DNA of 64,000 nt, from positions 86,044-150,043 of the forward strand of contig JAXLYZ010000024.1 of NCBI GenBank assembly GCA_046351155.1, read 5' to 3'. Source of the stretch: Myxococcota bacterium (GTDB taxonomy: Bacteria > Myxococcota_A > UBA9042 > PHBI01). This document shows, in pieces, positions 27,210 through 38,045 of this stretch (positions within the stretch are counted from its first letter, which is position 1; every line of letters begins with the position of its first letter). The translations under genes were made by a program, and so were the position numbers. The notes under the pieces were generated by a model, which did no database searches, was not told where the DNA came from, and worked only from the letters and a program-made list of their open reading frames with translations.

Positions 27210-28276
27210 AGGACGCCTCGCTGGGCCTGGTCGCGCTCGATGGAGCGGAACAGCGCGCCGAAGTTGCCCTCGCCGAACGACAGGTGGTTCTTGCGCTGGA
27301 TGATCTCGATGAAGATCGGGCCGAGCAGGTTCTTCGTGAAGATCTGGAGCAGGTAGCCCTGCTCGTCGCCGTCGACGAGCACCTGCAGGCGCTGCAGCGT
27401 CCGGTGGTCCTCGCTGACGTTGGGCACGCGCTCGAAGACGGTGGCGTAGTAGTCGTCGTCGATGTCGAGCGTGGCGATGGAGCTGCCGCGCATGGCCTCG
27501 AGCGAGGCCACGATGTCGTTCGTCAGGAAGGCCAGGTGCTGCACGCCCGGGCCCCGGTACTCGCGCAGGTACTCGTTGATCTGCGACTTCTCCTCCTTGC
27601 CCTCGTTGATGGGGATGCAGAAGCGGCCGCACGGCGAGCGCAGCGCGTAGGAGGTGAGGCCGGTGGCCACGCCGCGGATGTCGAAGTAGCGCACCTCGGT
27701 GAAGCCGAAGACCGACCTGTAGAAGTCGGCCCAGCGCTGCATGGCGCCCTCGGGCACGTTGTTGGTCAGGTGATCGATCGTGAGGAAGCCGAGATCGGGC
27801 ACGCGCTCGGGCGCGGCCAGCGGCACCATGCCCATGCGCTGGTAGCGCTCGGGGGCCGGCCCGCGGTCGTCGATGAAGTAGATGAGGCTGTCGCCGATGC
27901 CGTAGATGGCCGGCACCGGCTCGCCGTTCCGGTGGTAGTCGACGCGCTGGGCCGCGCGCGCGCCGCGCCGCACCGCCTCGGCCTGGGCCTCGAAGGCGTT
28001 GCCGACGCGCCAGCCCATGGCGGAGATGCAGGGGCCGTGCGCCGCCTGGAACGCGGCCGCGAACGAGCCGGGCTGGAGGTTCACCAGCACGTGGATGTCG
28101 TGCTGGCTCCAGTAGTCGACGGCGCGCGTGCCGTGGCGCATGAGGCGCGAGAAGCCGAAGTCGCGGAGCAGCCGCGCCAGCGCCAGCGGGTCGGGACCGG
28201 AGAGCTCGACGAACTCGATGCCGTCGAGGCCGAGCGGGTTCGTGCTGCTGGGCGTGGTCGTGGTGGTGGTGCTCAT
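27206..28276 (-). CDS. hppD: 4-hydroxyphenylpyruvate dioxygenase
   Basis: 356 aa, intact. Tandem VOC domains: ...GVQHLAFLTNDIVASLEAMRG..., ...LLQIFTKNLLGPIFIEIIQRKNHLSFGEGNFGALFRSIE. Confidence 0.9.
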   Translation of the reverse strand: MSTTTTTTPSSTNPLGLDGIEFVELSGPDPLALARLLRDFGFSRLMRHGTRAVDYWSQHDIHVLVNLQPGSFAAAFQAAHGPCISAMGWRVGNAFEAQAEAVRRGARAAQRVDYHRNGEPVPAIYGIGDSLIYFIDDRGPAPERYQRMGMVPLAAPERVPDLGFLTIDHLTNNVPEGAMQRWADFYRSVFGFTEVRYFDIRGVATGLTSYALRSPCGRFCIPINEGKEEKSQINEYLREYRGPGVQHLAFLTNDIVASLEAMRGSSIATLDIDDDYYATVFERVPNVSEDHRTLQRLQVLVDGDEQGYLLQIFTKNLLGPIFIEIIQRKNHLSFGEGNFGALFRSIERDQAQRGVL

Positions 28277-29442
28277 CGGGCCGCCCTCGCGCTGCCGTCC
28301 GGAGCCTGGCCGGCGGCGCGGCTCGACTCGGCGTCGGCGCCCCAGCTCTTCCAGTAGTCGACGAGCTCGCAGCGCAGGGCGCCCGACAGCACCTCGAGCG
28401 GGCGGCGCGTGTCGATCATGACCGCGACCTCCTGCGTGCGCGCCGCGTCCTTGGTGCGCTCGACGGCGCCCGGCTGCGGGCCGTGGTGGATGCCCTGCGG
28501 GTGGAAGGTGAGCATGCCGGCGCTGATGCCGGTGCGGCTGAAGAACTCGCCGTCGTGGTAGAAGAGCACTTCGTCGTAGTCGATGTTCGAGTGGTAGAAT
28601 GGCACTTTCATGGCATTCGCATCACCCGTCTCCAGGCCGCGCGGCAGGAACGAGCAGATGACGGCGCCGTCGGCGACGAAGGTCGAGTGGGCCGACGGCG
28701 GCAGGTGGTAGCGCTCGCTCATGACCGGACGGATGTCCTTCACGTTCAGGCGCTGCACCGACAGCGTGCCCTTCCAGCCGACCACGTCCAGCGGGCAGTG
28801 CGCGTAGAAGACGCGCGTCAGCTGGCCCTGGCGCTGGATGCGCACCTCCCACTCGCCGGTCGCGCTGGCCGCGAGCGTCGAGCCGGGTCCGGCCTCGACC
28901 GGCGTCGGCACCTCGATGACGGCCGGGTCGAAGAGGGCGTGCTGGCCGAGCATGCCGCGATCGGGGAAGCGCACCTCGCCGCGCATCTCCATGACCAGCA
29001 GCGAGGTCGTGTCCGAGGGCACCAGGCGATAGACGGTGCCGCGCGGGATGACCAGGTAGTCGCCGCGCACGTAGCCGAGCGGGCCGAAGTCGGTCTCGAT
29101 GCGGCCGCCGCCGGCGTGCACGAACAGCACCTCGTCGGCGTCGGCGTTCCTGAAGAAGTAGTCCATCGGCCGCGCCACGCGCGCGAAGGAGATGACCACG
29201 TCGTCGTTGCCGAGCTGCGGCCGGCGGTCGGCGAGGTAGTCGCCGCTGACCTCGGCCTCGCGCGTCGGGTCGCGCGGGCGCAGCGGGCCCTCGATGCGCG
29301 TCCACGCGACCGGCGGCGAGCTGCGGTAGAGGTGGGCGTAGCGGCCGGAGAAGCCGCTGCGCGCGTATTCCTCCTCGCGGTGCCGGCCGGCACCCTCGAC
29401 TGCGCCTGACGGGTGACGCGACCTTGACGTAGGGATCATCAT
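28273..29442 (-). CDS. hmgA: homogentisate 1,2-dioxygenase
   Basis: ...EYARSGFSGRYAHLY... and ...FYHSNIDYDEVLFYHDGEFFSRTGISAGMLTFHPQGIHHGP. Its stop overlaps the hppD start by 4 nt. Confidence 0.85.
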   Translation of the reverse strand: MMIPTSRSRHPSGAVEGAGRHREEEYARSGFSGRYAHLYRSSPPVAWTRIEGPLRPRDPTREAEVSGDYLADRRPQLGNDDVVISFARVARPMDYFFRNADADEVLFVHAGGGRIETDFGPLGYVRGDYLVIPRGTVYRLVPSDTTSLLVMEMRGEVRFPDRGMLGQHALFDPAVIEVPTPVEAGPGSTLAASATGEWEVRIQRQGQLTRVFYAHCPLDVVGWKGTLSVQRLNVKDIRPVMSERYHLPPSAHSTFVADGAVICSFLPRGLETGDANAMKVPFYHSNIDYDEVLFYHDGEFFSRTGISAGMLTFHPQGIHHGPQPGAVERTKDAARTQEVAVMIDTRRPLEVLSGALRCELVDYWKSWGADAESSRAAGQAPDGSARAAR

Positions 29443-29511
29443 GTCTCCGTGGCGCCGAGCATGCGCCGCGAGACGTCGATGGAGAACTGTCCTCGACGGA
29501 CATTGTCGCAT

Positions 29512-32500
29512 TCCCCACAGTCTTCGTCGCCCGATCCGTGTGGAGACGACCGCGAGGTCCGCGCACGATCATCCGGCGCAGGCGCACGTCGACGTGCAAC
29601 AGGCGCCGCTGCGCTTTCGCCGGCGCGCGGCAGCGCTGCACAAGGTCCATCGGCCGTGGTCTACGGCATCAGCGGGCTCGAGGACGCGGTCGGGCTGCTG
29701 CTCGATCGTCTGGCTGCCGCGCATCGCCGACGCTGTCGGCCGGCGCGTTCGAGCAGTGCCAGCGCCTGCTGGCCGCGGAGGCCGACCTCGAGCAGCCAGC
29801 TGCACGGCGCGCGCCGGCTTCGAGCCGTCCTTGCGCGTCGTTCGACGGCCTTGCCGGTGGAGCCGCTGTTCCACGCCGTGCGCCAGGTGACGGCGGCCTC
29901 GCCCGGCACGCGCGTGTCGCTGACCTCGGAGCTCCTCTCCGACGTCGAGGCGCGCGCCGAGGCCGACCAGGCCAGGCCATGCTGACGGTGGTGGCGCCGG
30001 CCCGCGCCATCGGCCCGACGCACAAGTGCGCTGCCGCCGCTGCTCGTGGGCTCACGCGCGCCACCCGCTGTCGGCGCGGAAGAGGCCTGGCGCCGGCGAC
30101 CTCGAGCAGCACCCGTTCCTGACCGTGCGCTTTCGCGACCAGCGCCTGAGCATGAGCACCAGCGGCCTCGACAAGCTGAGCGAGTTCAAGCTGAGCGACT
30201 TCCACTGCCAAGAAGGTCGCGCTGCTGGCCGGCATGGGCTACGGCTGACGCCTGAGTACCTGGTGCGGAAGGAGCTCGCCCGGAAGGCGCTGGTCGTCCT
30301 GCGCCACGGCGACGACCGCCGCCACGAGTTCCACCCGCTCTTGCACTTGCGCCGGTCGAGCGTCGGCGGCCCCGCCGTCCAGGCGCTCGTCACCGCGCTC
30401 AGTACGTCACCTGCACGGCCGTCCGCTGACCGTCGACTGGCCCTTGGCTCTTCAGGCTCTCGTCGGACCCGAGCTTGGTCGACGCCTCCGTCGTCACGTC
30501 GACGGTGTCGGCCTCGGCCGTCACGCCGGACTCGGTCGTCACGCGCAGGTCGCTCAGCTGCGCCAAGATGGACGCCATCAGCGTGACCTCGGAGCGAGCT
30601 CGGCGCCGATGCCGGCGTGGAGCTTCGCCGCCAGCCAGTGGGTCGCCGCCGCGCCTCGTGGGCGTCTCGCCGTCGAGTCGATGCGGCCGTCTGCCGTCAG
30701 CGCGACCGACAGCTCGGCCCCTTCACCAGCGCCTTCACCTCGGCCGGCGGCAGGAAGTCGAGCCCCAGCACCGTCATCCCCTTCGAGGCAGTTCTGGGCG
30801 AGGATACTCGAGGTCGTAGACCGAGCCCCGGGTCGGCGCCTTGCCGAAGTCGCGGTTGAGCTTCGCCTCGAGCTCGAGCGCAGCCCTCAGCTCGGCGAAG
30901 TACCAAGGCGACCAGATCCTCGACCGGCGAGTTCTTGCCGACCTTGGTGGCCTTCCCGTCCTTCACCTTCAGCTCGTGGCGACCGCCGAGCATCTCCTCG
31001 GGTGCGTCCGAGCGCCGTGCCGGTCACCGGCGGTGTCGCGGCGGGCCTTCCGCTGCCCCGGCGACGTCCAGGGGAAGACGGCGATGGTGCCGTCGGGGAT
31101 CGAGCGCGTCGAGATCCCAGTCGATGGCCGACGCCGCCGGGTCACCGGCCTGGTCGCCGCTGACGTATTGCTTGCCGCGTCCCGCGCCGCTCGCCTTGGC
31201 CTCCACCGAGGCCGCGCTGGCCGCGCCGTGGCCGTCGGCGCCCGTCGACGCCGCGACGCCCACGGCCACCACCTCTTCCAGCGAGTAGCCGTCACCTTCG
31301 GGATCGCCGCGCTGCTTCAGCTCCGCCCTGGCCGCCTGGATCTGCTCGATGCCGACGTAGCTCGAGCCGTCGCTGGCCGACACGAAGCCGATGCCCTTGG
31401 CCGAGAGGTTGCCGGCCTTGGCGAGCTTCTCGCCGACGCGCCCGGCGAGTCGATCGACGTGCACGGTGCCGCTCTTCAGGACCGTCGCGTCGTCGCCGAA
31501 GGCGATCGAGGTGTCGTCGATCTCCAGACCCTCGATGCTGCCGCCGCCGAACTCGATCTCGGTCTTGTCGGGCGCGATGAAGCGGCCGTCGTCGATGTGC
31601 GCCGAGGTCATGCTGACGAGCGGGATGTCGACGCGGTCGATGACCGCCTTGTTGTCCTTGCCGGCCACGAGGTGCGCGCTGAGCTCCAGCGCGATGTCGT
31701 CGAGGGTCGCTTCGCCGAGCACGAGCGTGCCCGACGTCGACGCCACCACCAGCTTCTTCACGCCGAGCTCGGCCAGCCTGGCGTCGACCGTGTAGCCGTG
31801 GTCGTCGACCTTCAAGCCACCCTCGATGCCCTCGAACGTCAACGTCTGCGCGCCCGCCGGCAGTGCCGGAATCGTCGCCTGGAGGTGGCCGTCGTGGATG
31901 CCGACCTGCGCGCCGGTCTTGTTCTGGGTGATGTCGACGTTCGCCGTGAGGCCCGCGCTGGCCTCGGAGTTCGGCGTGTAGGGCGCGCTCCACTTGGCGC
32001 CGCCCGACGCCACGATGCCGCCGTGCGCCGTGACCTCGCCGCTCTTGTCGTCGCGCTCGCCGCTCCACTTGGTGGCCTTCACGCGCGCGCCGACGGCGTT
32101 GCGCGCGTCGGCCTCGGCGCGGGCGCCGGCCACGAGCTGCTGCAGCGCGAAGGTCGTCTTGCCGTCGCCCATGCGCTGGACGTGGACGCCATCGATGTCG
32201 ACCTCCGCGCTCGCCTTCAAGAGGTCGGTGCCGGCCTTCTCGAGCAGCGTCTGCAGGAACTCCGGCCAGCGCGCGCTGGCGGTGCCGTTCTCGCCGGTCG
32301 CGGTCTCGAGGTGGGCGCTGGTGAGATCGAAGGCGCCCTTGCCGCTGGCGAGGTCGAGCCCGCTGACGTCGATGCCCTCGAAGCGACCCTTGGCCAGGTA
32401 GATGGGCGGCAGATCGGGGTCGCTGTAGCGGATGTCGGTGCCCGCGATGCGCTCGATGTGCGCGCGCTCGATCTTCAGCGACCGCGCGATGGCCGCGGCC

Positions 32501-35500
32501 GACACCTTGCCCTCCTTGCCGAGGCTCTCCAGGAACGCGGCGTCGACCTTCAGGCTGGCCTCGAGCGAGGCGCCGGACACCTCGGCGCCGTGGGCGCGCA
32601 GCGCGGTCGTGTCGCCGGCCCAGGCGATGTCGGCGAGCCTGGCCACGCCGAGCGAGGCCTTCACCGTGACCGCACCGGTCGTCGGGTCGAGCTCGGCGCG
32701 GGCCTTCAGCGCGCCGATCTTCTCGGCCTTGAAGTCGGTGCCGGCGAAGCTCTCGACCAGCGAGCCCTTGGGGATCTTGCCGCCGTGGAGCCCCAGGCCG
32801 CTCAGCGTCAGGTCGTCCATGCCGAACGCGACCTTGCCGCTCTTGGCGCGCTCGAAGCCGAGGCCCTTCACGCTGGCGCTGGCGTGGGCCTTGAAGTAGG
32901 TGCCGATGGAGGCCGACGCCTTCACCTTGGCCTGGTCGAGCGGGCTGGCCGTCGGCGACGCGCTCAGCGTGGTAGAGATGAAGCGGCAGGTCGTAGACGT
33001 TGCAGCCCTCGATCGAGGCCTCCAGGACACCGGCACAGCCGCGGAAAACCGCCTGGGCGCACATTCGCGCAGGCGGAAGGAGCCGGTGCTGCGTTGCGTA
33101 CATTTCAGCGACTTCCAGGCGCGCGTCGCCTTCGAGGCCCACTGGGCGGCTTTGCCGTCCTCGCCGCTCTTCCGGACGTCGATCTCGAGCTGGCCTTCGG
33201 GCCACCAGGCGTGGCGTTGGCCCTCGATGGCCAGGTCGGGGCTGGCGAAGGCGAACAGCGTGGCGGCGATGTCCTCATGCCGTGCACCAGCGTCATCGCG
33301 CGGCCAGGTCCACGCGGTGGCGCGTCTCGCCCTGGGCGGCGGCCTCGGCGGTAGGCGCCCTTCATGCCGAGGGCCTCGATCACGGCGGGATCCTCCAGCG
33401 CGCGGCCTTCACCGGCGACCGCGTCGGCGTGACCGCCGCCGTCAGACTTCTTCCGCTGCGCCTCCAGCGGCGCTTGCCCTGGGCGGCCTTCTTGGCGTTG
33501 CTCCAGCCGGTAGCGCCGCCGGCGCGGCACGTCGAGGCGCGCGCTGAAATCGGCCAGCGGCGCCTGGTACTCCTGGCGCTCCTCGCGCAGCCCTGGCCAG
33601 CTCGTCGCCGCGCTCTCGGCGGCGGTCGGTGCGGCTTCGCGAGCAATGGGTCATCTGATCGGCGGTGCGGCCAGCTGGCCGAGCGGATACCTTCCGCTGA
33701 TCTCGATGTCGAGCGCTGGCCCCGCTCTCCAGCGCGGCTGGCGTGGGCCTCGGCGCGGAAGCCCTTGACCGACACCTCCGCCGACGTGGGTGCCTGGCGG
33801 ATTGCTCGCACGACCGCAGCGTGAGCGAAGCAGCAGGCCTCGCCCTTCGTCCCCTGGCGCCCGACGGTTGCCACCGCGGCAGGCAGGGTCGGCGGCGCCG
33901 CGACGCAGCCGGCAGGGTCGCGGCGCTGACGCGATCGATGTGGCCCTGCGCCGCGTCGCCCAGGCCGGATGTCGCGCACCTCGAGCTCGCCCACGGACGC
34001 GCTGGCGCGCGCCACGCCGATGTCGCTCTCGTCGTCCTTGGACTCGGCGCCGTGCGCCGCCAGCCACGCCGCGGGCTCGATCGACGCGATGGTGGCCTTC
34101 GCCTTCAGCAGCTGGCGCAGCTGCGCGCTCATCGAGCGCTCGGGCTGCTTGCGCAGCGCGTCCTGAAGAACCGCCAGCGCATCGATCTCGGCGACTGGTA
34201 TGGCCGAGCCGTAGGTGTGCGGCGCCTCGAGCACGACGTCCGGCACGCCTCGAGCGCCGACAACTCCATCTGCTCGGCCTCGCTCGGCTCGGCCTTCTCG
34301 CGCAGCGCGCGGCGCCTGGCCGCGATGGCCAGGTAGTCGGGGCTGCCGCCTGGCGCGACGTCATGCGCGGCCATACCTCGATGGCGACCACCTCGCCGCC
34401 GACAATCCTGCCGCGACGACGTCGCCGGCGGCCCTTGCCCGGCCCTTGCCGCCAGCCGCCGCGCGCGCCAGGCGCCAGGCCGGCGACGGCCTCGGCGATG
34501 GAGGCGCCAGGCCGACAGCACCGACCATGGCCGAAGTCGCCAGCGGCGAGACGTGGCTTGCGCGACCCCAGGCCGACCCGACGCGCATGCTGATCAGCGC
34601 CTCGTAGCCCTCGAGGCGAGGCGCTGTCGATGTCGGCCACGACGCCGTGGACCGACCTCTGCAGCGCCTGGAAGCTCGGCCTGCTCGGCCACGGCTCGGT
34701 CAGCCTGCTGGCACCGATGAGCTCGAGGTAGCGCTCGTCCTGCTTCCAGCCGCGCTCGAACGCGCCGGACTCGGCAGCGGCGATCTTCTTCGTAGGCGCA
34801 GCATCTTTCAAGGCCGAGGCGCACCCGCTCGTGCTCCGTCGCGGCGCCTGCGCCAGCTTCCGCTGGAGGCGCGCGTCGCCGAGCGCGCAGGCGCGCAGCG
34901 CCGCCGGCGGCAGATCTGCCGCTGCGCGGTCGGCCTCGGCGGGTGCTCAGGCGCGGTAGGTGGTGCCGCCGGTCTCGGGAAAGCATGCGGCGTGGCTGCG
35001 TCCTGCTCTTCACCACGCCCTCGATGGTGACCGCGCCGGCGTCGAAGCTCATGCCGCCCGGTACCGCCGGGCGGATGCCTCCATCGCGCGCGTGACGTCG
35101 TCGGCGGCGAAGTAGGCGTTCTTCAGGAAGGCGAAGGCCGCGCTTGGCGGGCTGGCGCCCCGCCTCGACGGCCGCCAGGGCTGGTGGAGGGCCGAGCGCG
35201 TCCGGTCATGGGCAGCTCGGTCATGGCCAGCGTCGTCGCTGACGTGACCTTGGCCGCCAATCCTTGCGCAGGTCGCTCGGCGCGATGGTCGTAGGCGTGG
35301 AGCTGAAGAAGATGTTCGGCCCCTGGTAGGCGTTCGCCTGCAGCAGCAGCGGGCGAGAACGAACAGGCCGTCGAGGGTGGTGGCGCCGAACTTCGGATCT
35401 TCGATGTCGTCGTAGGGTTGCGGCGGACGCTGGCCAGCTCGAGCCGCACCGACGCGATGTCGATGAGCCGTTGGCCAGGATCCATCTGCCGGTGATGGTT

Positions 35501-37985
35501 CTTCTCCAGGTCGCGGTCACGTCCCTCGATGCCGTAGGAAATCGTCCCCAGGCGCTCTGCACCTGCTCGAGCGGCACGTCGAGCATGTTGTTCTCCCAGT
35601 ACCGCCGCGCTCGAGGTCGGCGCCGCGCTTGCCCGCAGGCCCGGTAGACCAGCGCTGTAGGCGTGCTCTTCGGGCCTGTCGTGCTCTGGCGCCGGCGTCC
35701 TTGAACTGCCGGCGCGCTCGAACGCAGGCCGAGCGTGGCCATGAGCGTGGCGTGGCGCTCGAGGCGCCTCGGCGACCTCGCTGCTGGTTGGCCTCCTTGC
35801 GCTGGCCGGCGGCGGGTGACCATGCGGACGCCAGGCCAGGCGCGCTCCGCGGCGGCGCCCTCGGTACCCGGCGCGTCGTCGTGGAGCTGCGTCAGGAGGG
35901 CCGCGCGATCGGCGCACGCCGGCGCCGCCCTCGTCGCCGCCGCGGTACATGTTCTGGTCGTCGCTCCGGCGCTCGGACACGTTCTCGCGCGCGTCGGCGC
36001 ACCACCACTCGGTGCCCAGCTTGCGAGGTCGCGGTAGCGCTGCGGCAGCGCCTTCCAGCAGCTGGTGGGCGAGATAGGCCGCCTCGATCCGGTCTCGGCG
36101 ACGATGCCGTGCACCAGGCCGATCTCGTGGATGAGGTCGTCGACGATGGCGATGCAGCGCATCAGGTCGCGCTTCAGCAGCACGAGCGTGTCGAGGCGCC
36201 GCTCGAACGCCCACACGAAGTCGAAGCCGAGCCCCTGGAGGAGCTCCTCGACCAGCTGGCCCGTCGAGGCGCGGTAGCAGGCGCAGCGTCGTCGTCGGCG
36301 CCACCCGCTCGGCGTAGGCGGGCAGATCGCGGTGGAACTGGATGCCCTTCCTGAGCGCCTCGAAGCGCTGCCAGAAACGCGTCGTCGCCAGTCAGCGCCC
36401 TGGTCGGCAGCATTGGCCTCGTCCGGCCTCGGCCTGGCCGACATGATGCAAGCCCTGCGCGAGGACATCCTGCTCGCTGCTGGCACCGTCGGCAGCGTCG
36501 CGCGCGGTGCGGTGGCCGGCGATGTCGCCCAGGTGCCGCTTCATGCGATCGAGCAGTGGTGTACCCGGCGTCGCGCTGGCGCCGGCGCATGCACGCTCGG
36601 CGGCTGGCTCTTGACGAGGTGACGGGCGAGAGCGCTTCCCTGGCTGGTGCGCCGTCGAAGAGGCGCCGGCAAGGCCAGGCGCTGGAGCTCGGCCAGCGCG
36701 GCCTCCAGGCGGGCCTTCACCGGCACGGCCACGAACGCGACCACGTGCAGGCCGGCAGCGCGTCGTCGGGCGAGCAAGCCAGCGGTCGGCCAGGCCGAAG
36801 CCCTCGAACAGCGCACGACGCCGCGCCGAGCGCGCGAGCACGACGGCGTAGAGGCGCGACGGCCAGCGCATGCACCGCGTCGGCGCCTGTCACGCGCCGG
36901 GGCACCGTGCCGGTAACTGCATGTCGAGCGCGCATCGCCGGCCGCCGCCACCGCGGTCTCGGCGTCGAGCTGGGCGTCGGCGCGGCGCGCCGCCGCGCCC
37001 GTCGCGTTCTACGGCACCGCCTTCGTCGTCGCTGGCCGCCGCCGTCGCGGCACTGTCGGCCAGGGCCTTGCTCGCGAATGGCCACCCGGCGCCGCTCGGC
37101 GCGCGAGAACATCGGCCGCCGACAGCGTGCGCAGCAGAATGACGCGGTAGTCCTCGGCCGCCGTCACGCGAGCTCAGCGCGCGGTGCGACACCAGCGTCC
37201 GCGCTCGAGCAACGCGGCCGGCGCGCGGCGAAGCTTCTCGACGGCCTCGCGCGGGAAGCTGCGTCGCTCGCGCGCGACGTAGCTGCAGGGTCGCCCAGGA
37301 GCTTCGCGTCGGCGCCCGCGCCGCCGCCGCCAGCAGGCTTCTTGCCGCGATGGTGGCGCGTTCCCAGTGCGGAGGATCTGCAGCACGGCCGAGCACGTCG
37401 GCGGCCGAGGGTACTACCTTCAGGGCCCGGCGGATGGCCGCCGACATATCCGCCACGCAGGCGCCGGCCACCGCGCTCGGCGTGGCCGGCGCGGTACGTC
37501 GGCCGGGGACTGGCGGCGCGGCTCATCGGCCGGCGCCAGCAGCGCCGCGCCATCGTCGAAGCCCGCGCCGCCGACCAGCCCTTCAGGCCCGACCGCCGGC
37601 GTCGTCGTCCCGCTCGTGTCGCTGTCGCCGTCGCGCACCTGCCGTCCCGCGTCGTGGAGGTCTGCATGGGCGCGGGCGGTGCAATCGTCCGACCCGACGG
37701 CCATGGCCAGGCCCAACCCGACCCGCCCAGCCTATGCCCGCCGGACCTGCTCGCCAGGCGCCCGCGTGCCGACCTCGGGGCGCTCGCCGCGCCCGACCGT
37801 CGCGCGTCCTCGTCGTCGCCAGCGCCGGCCAGCCCGAGCGCGGGCTGCGCAGCAACAGGGCGAAGATGCGCCGTTCTTGCGCAGCGCTGCGCAGGAGCCG
37901 CGCAGGGGCGTCGGCATCAACGGCACATCAAACCGGCGGGCCCGACGTCCGAATCCATTTCGGTGGGTGACCGCTCGTTCGTCTA
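29512..37985 (-). pseudogene. ~8.4 kb region with no intact ORF; minus-strand fragments of a giant A/G/S/T/K/D-rich low-complexity protein are scattered over all three frames
   Basis: The longest clean fragment is 31024..33036 (670 aa: ...GRFEGIDVSGLDLASGKGAFDLTSAHLETATGENGTA...). Further plausible pieces lie at 33380-34246, 33651-34811, 34129-34521 and 35123-36486. The plus strand gives only Arg/Ala-rich antisense ORFs. Confidence 0.3.
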
Positions 37986-38045
37986 TTGCCGCAGCCGTGC
38001 GGGGTCCCGCGCGGCGCTGTCATCTCCAACGGAGGAGTCCAGGCC

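Noticed and set aside
37986-38045. Upstream extension (MPQPCGVPRGAVISNGGVQA) of the flotillin ORF
   Set aside because: The ATG at 38046 has a strong GGAGGAG RBS and immediately begins the transmembrane helix. The extension has no RBS and is atypical for flotillins.
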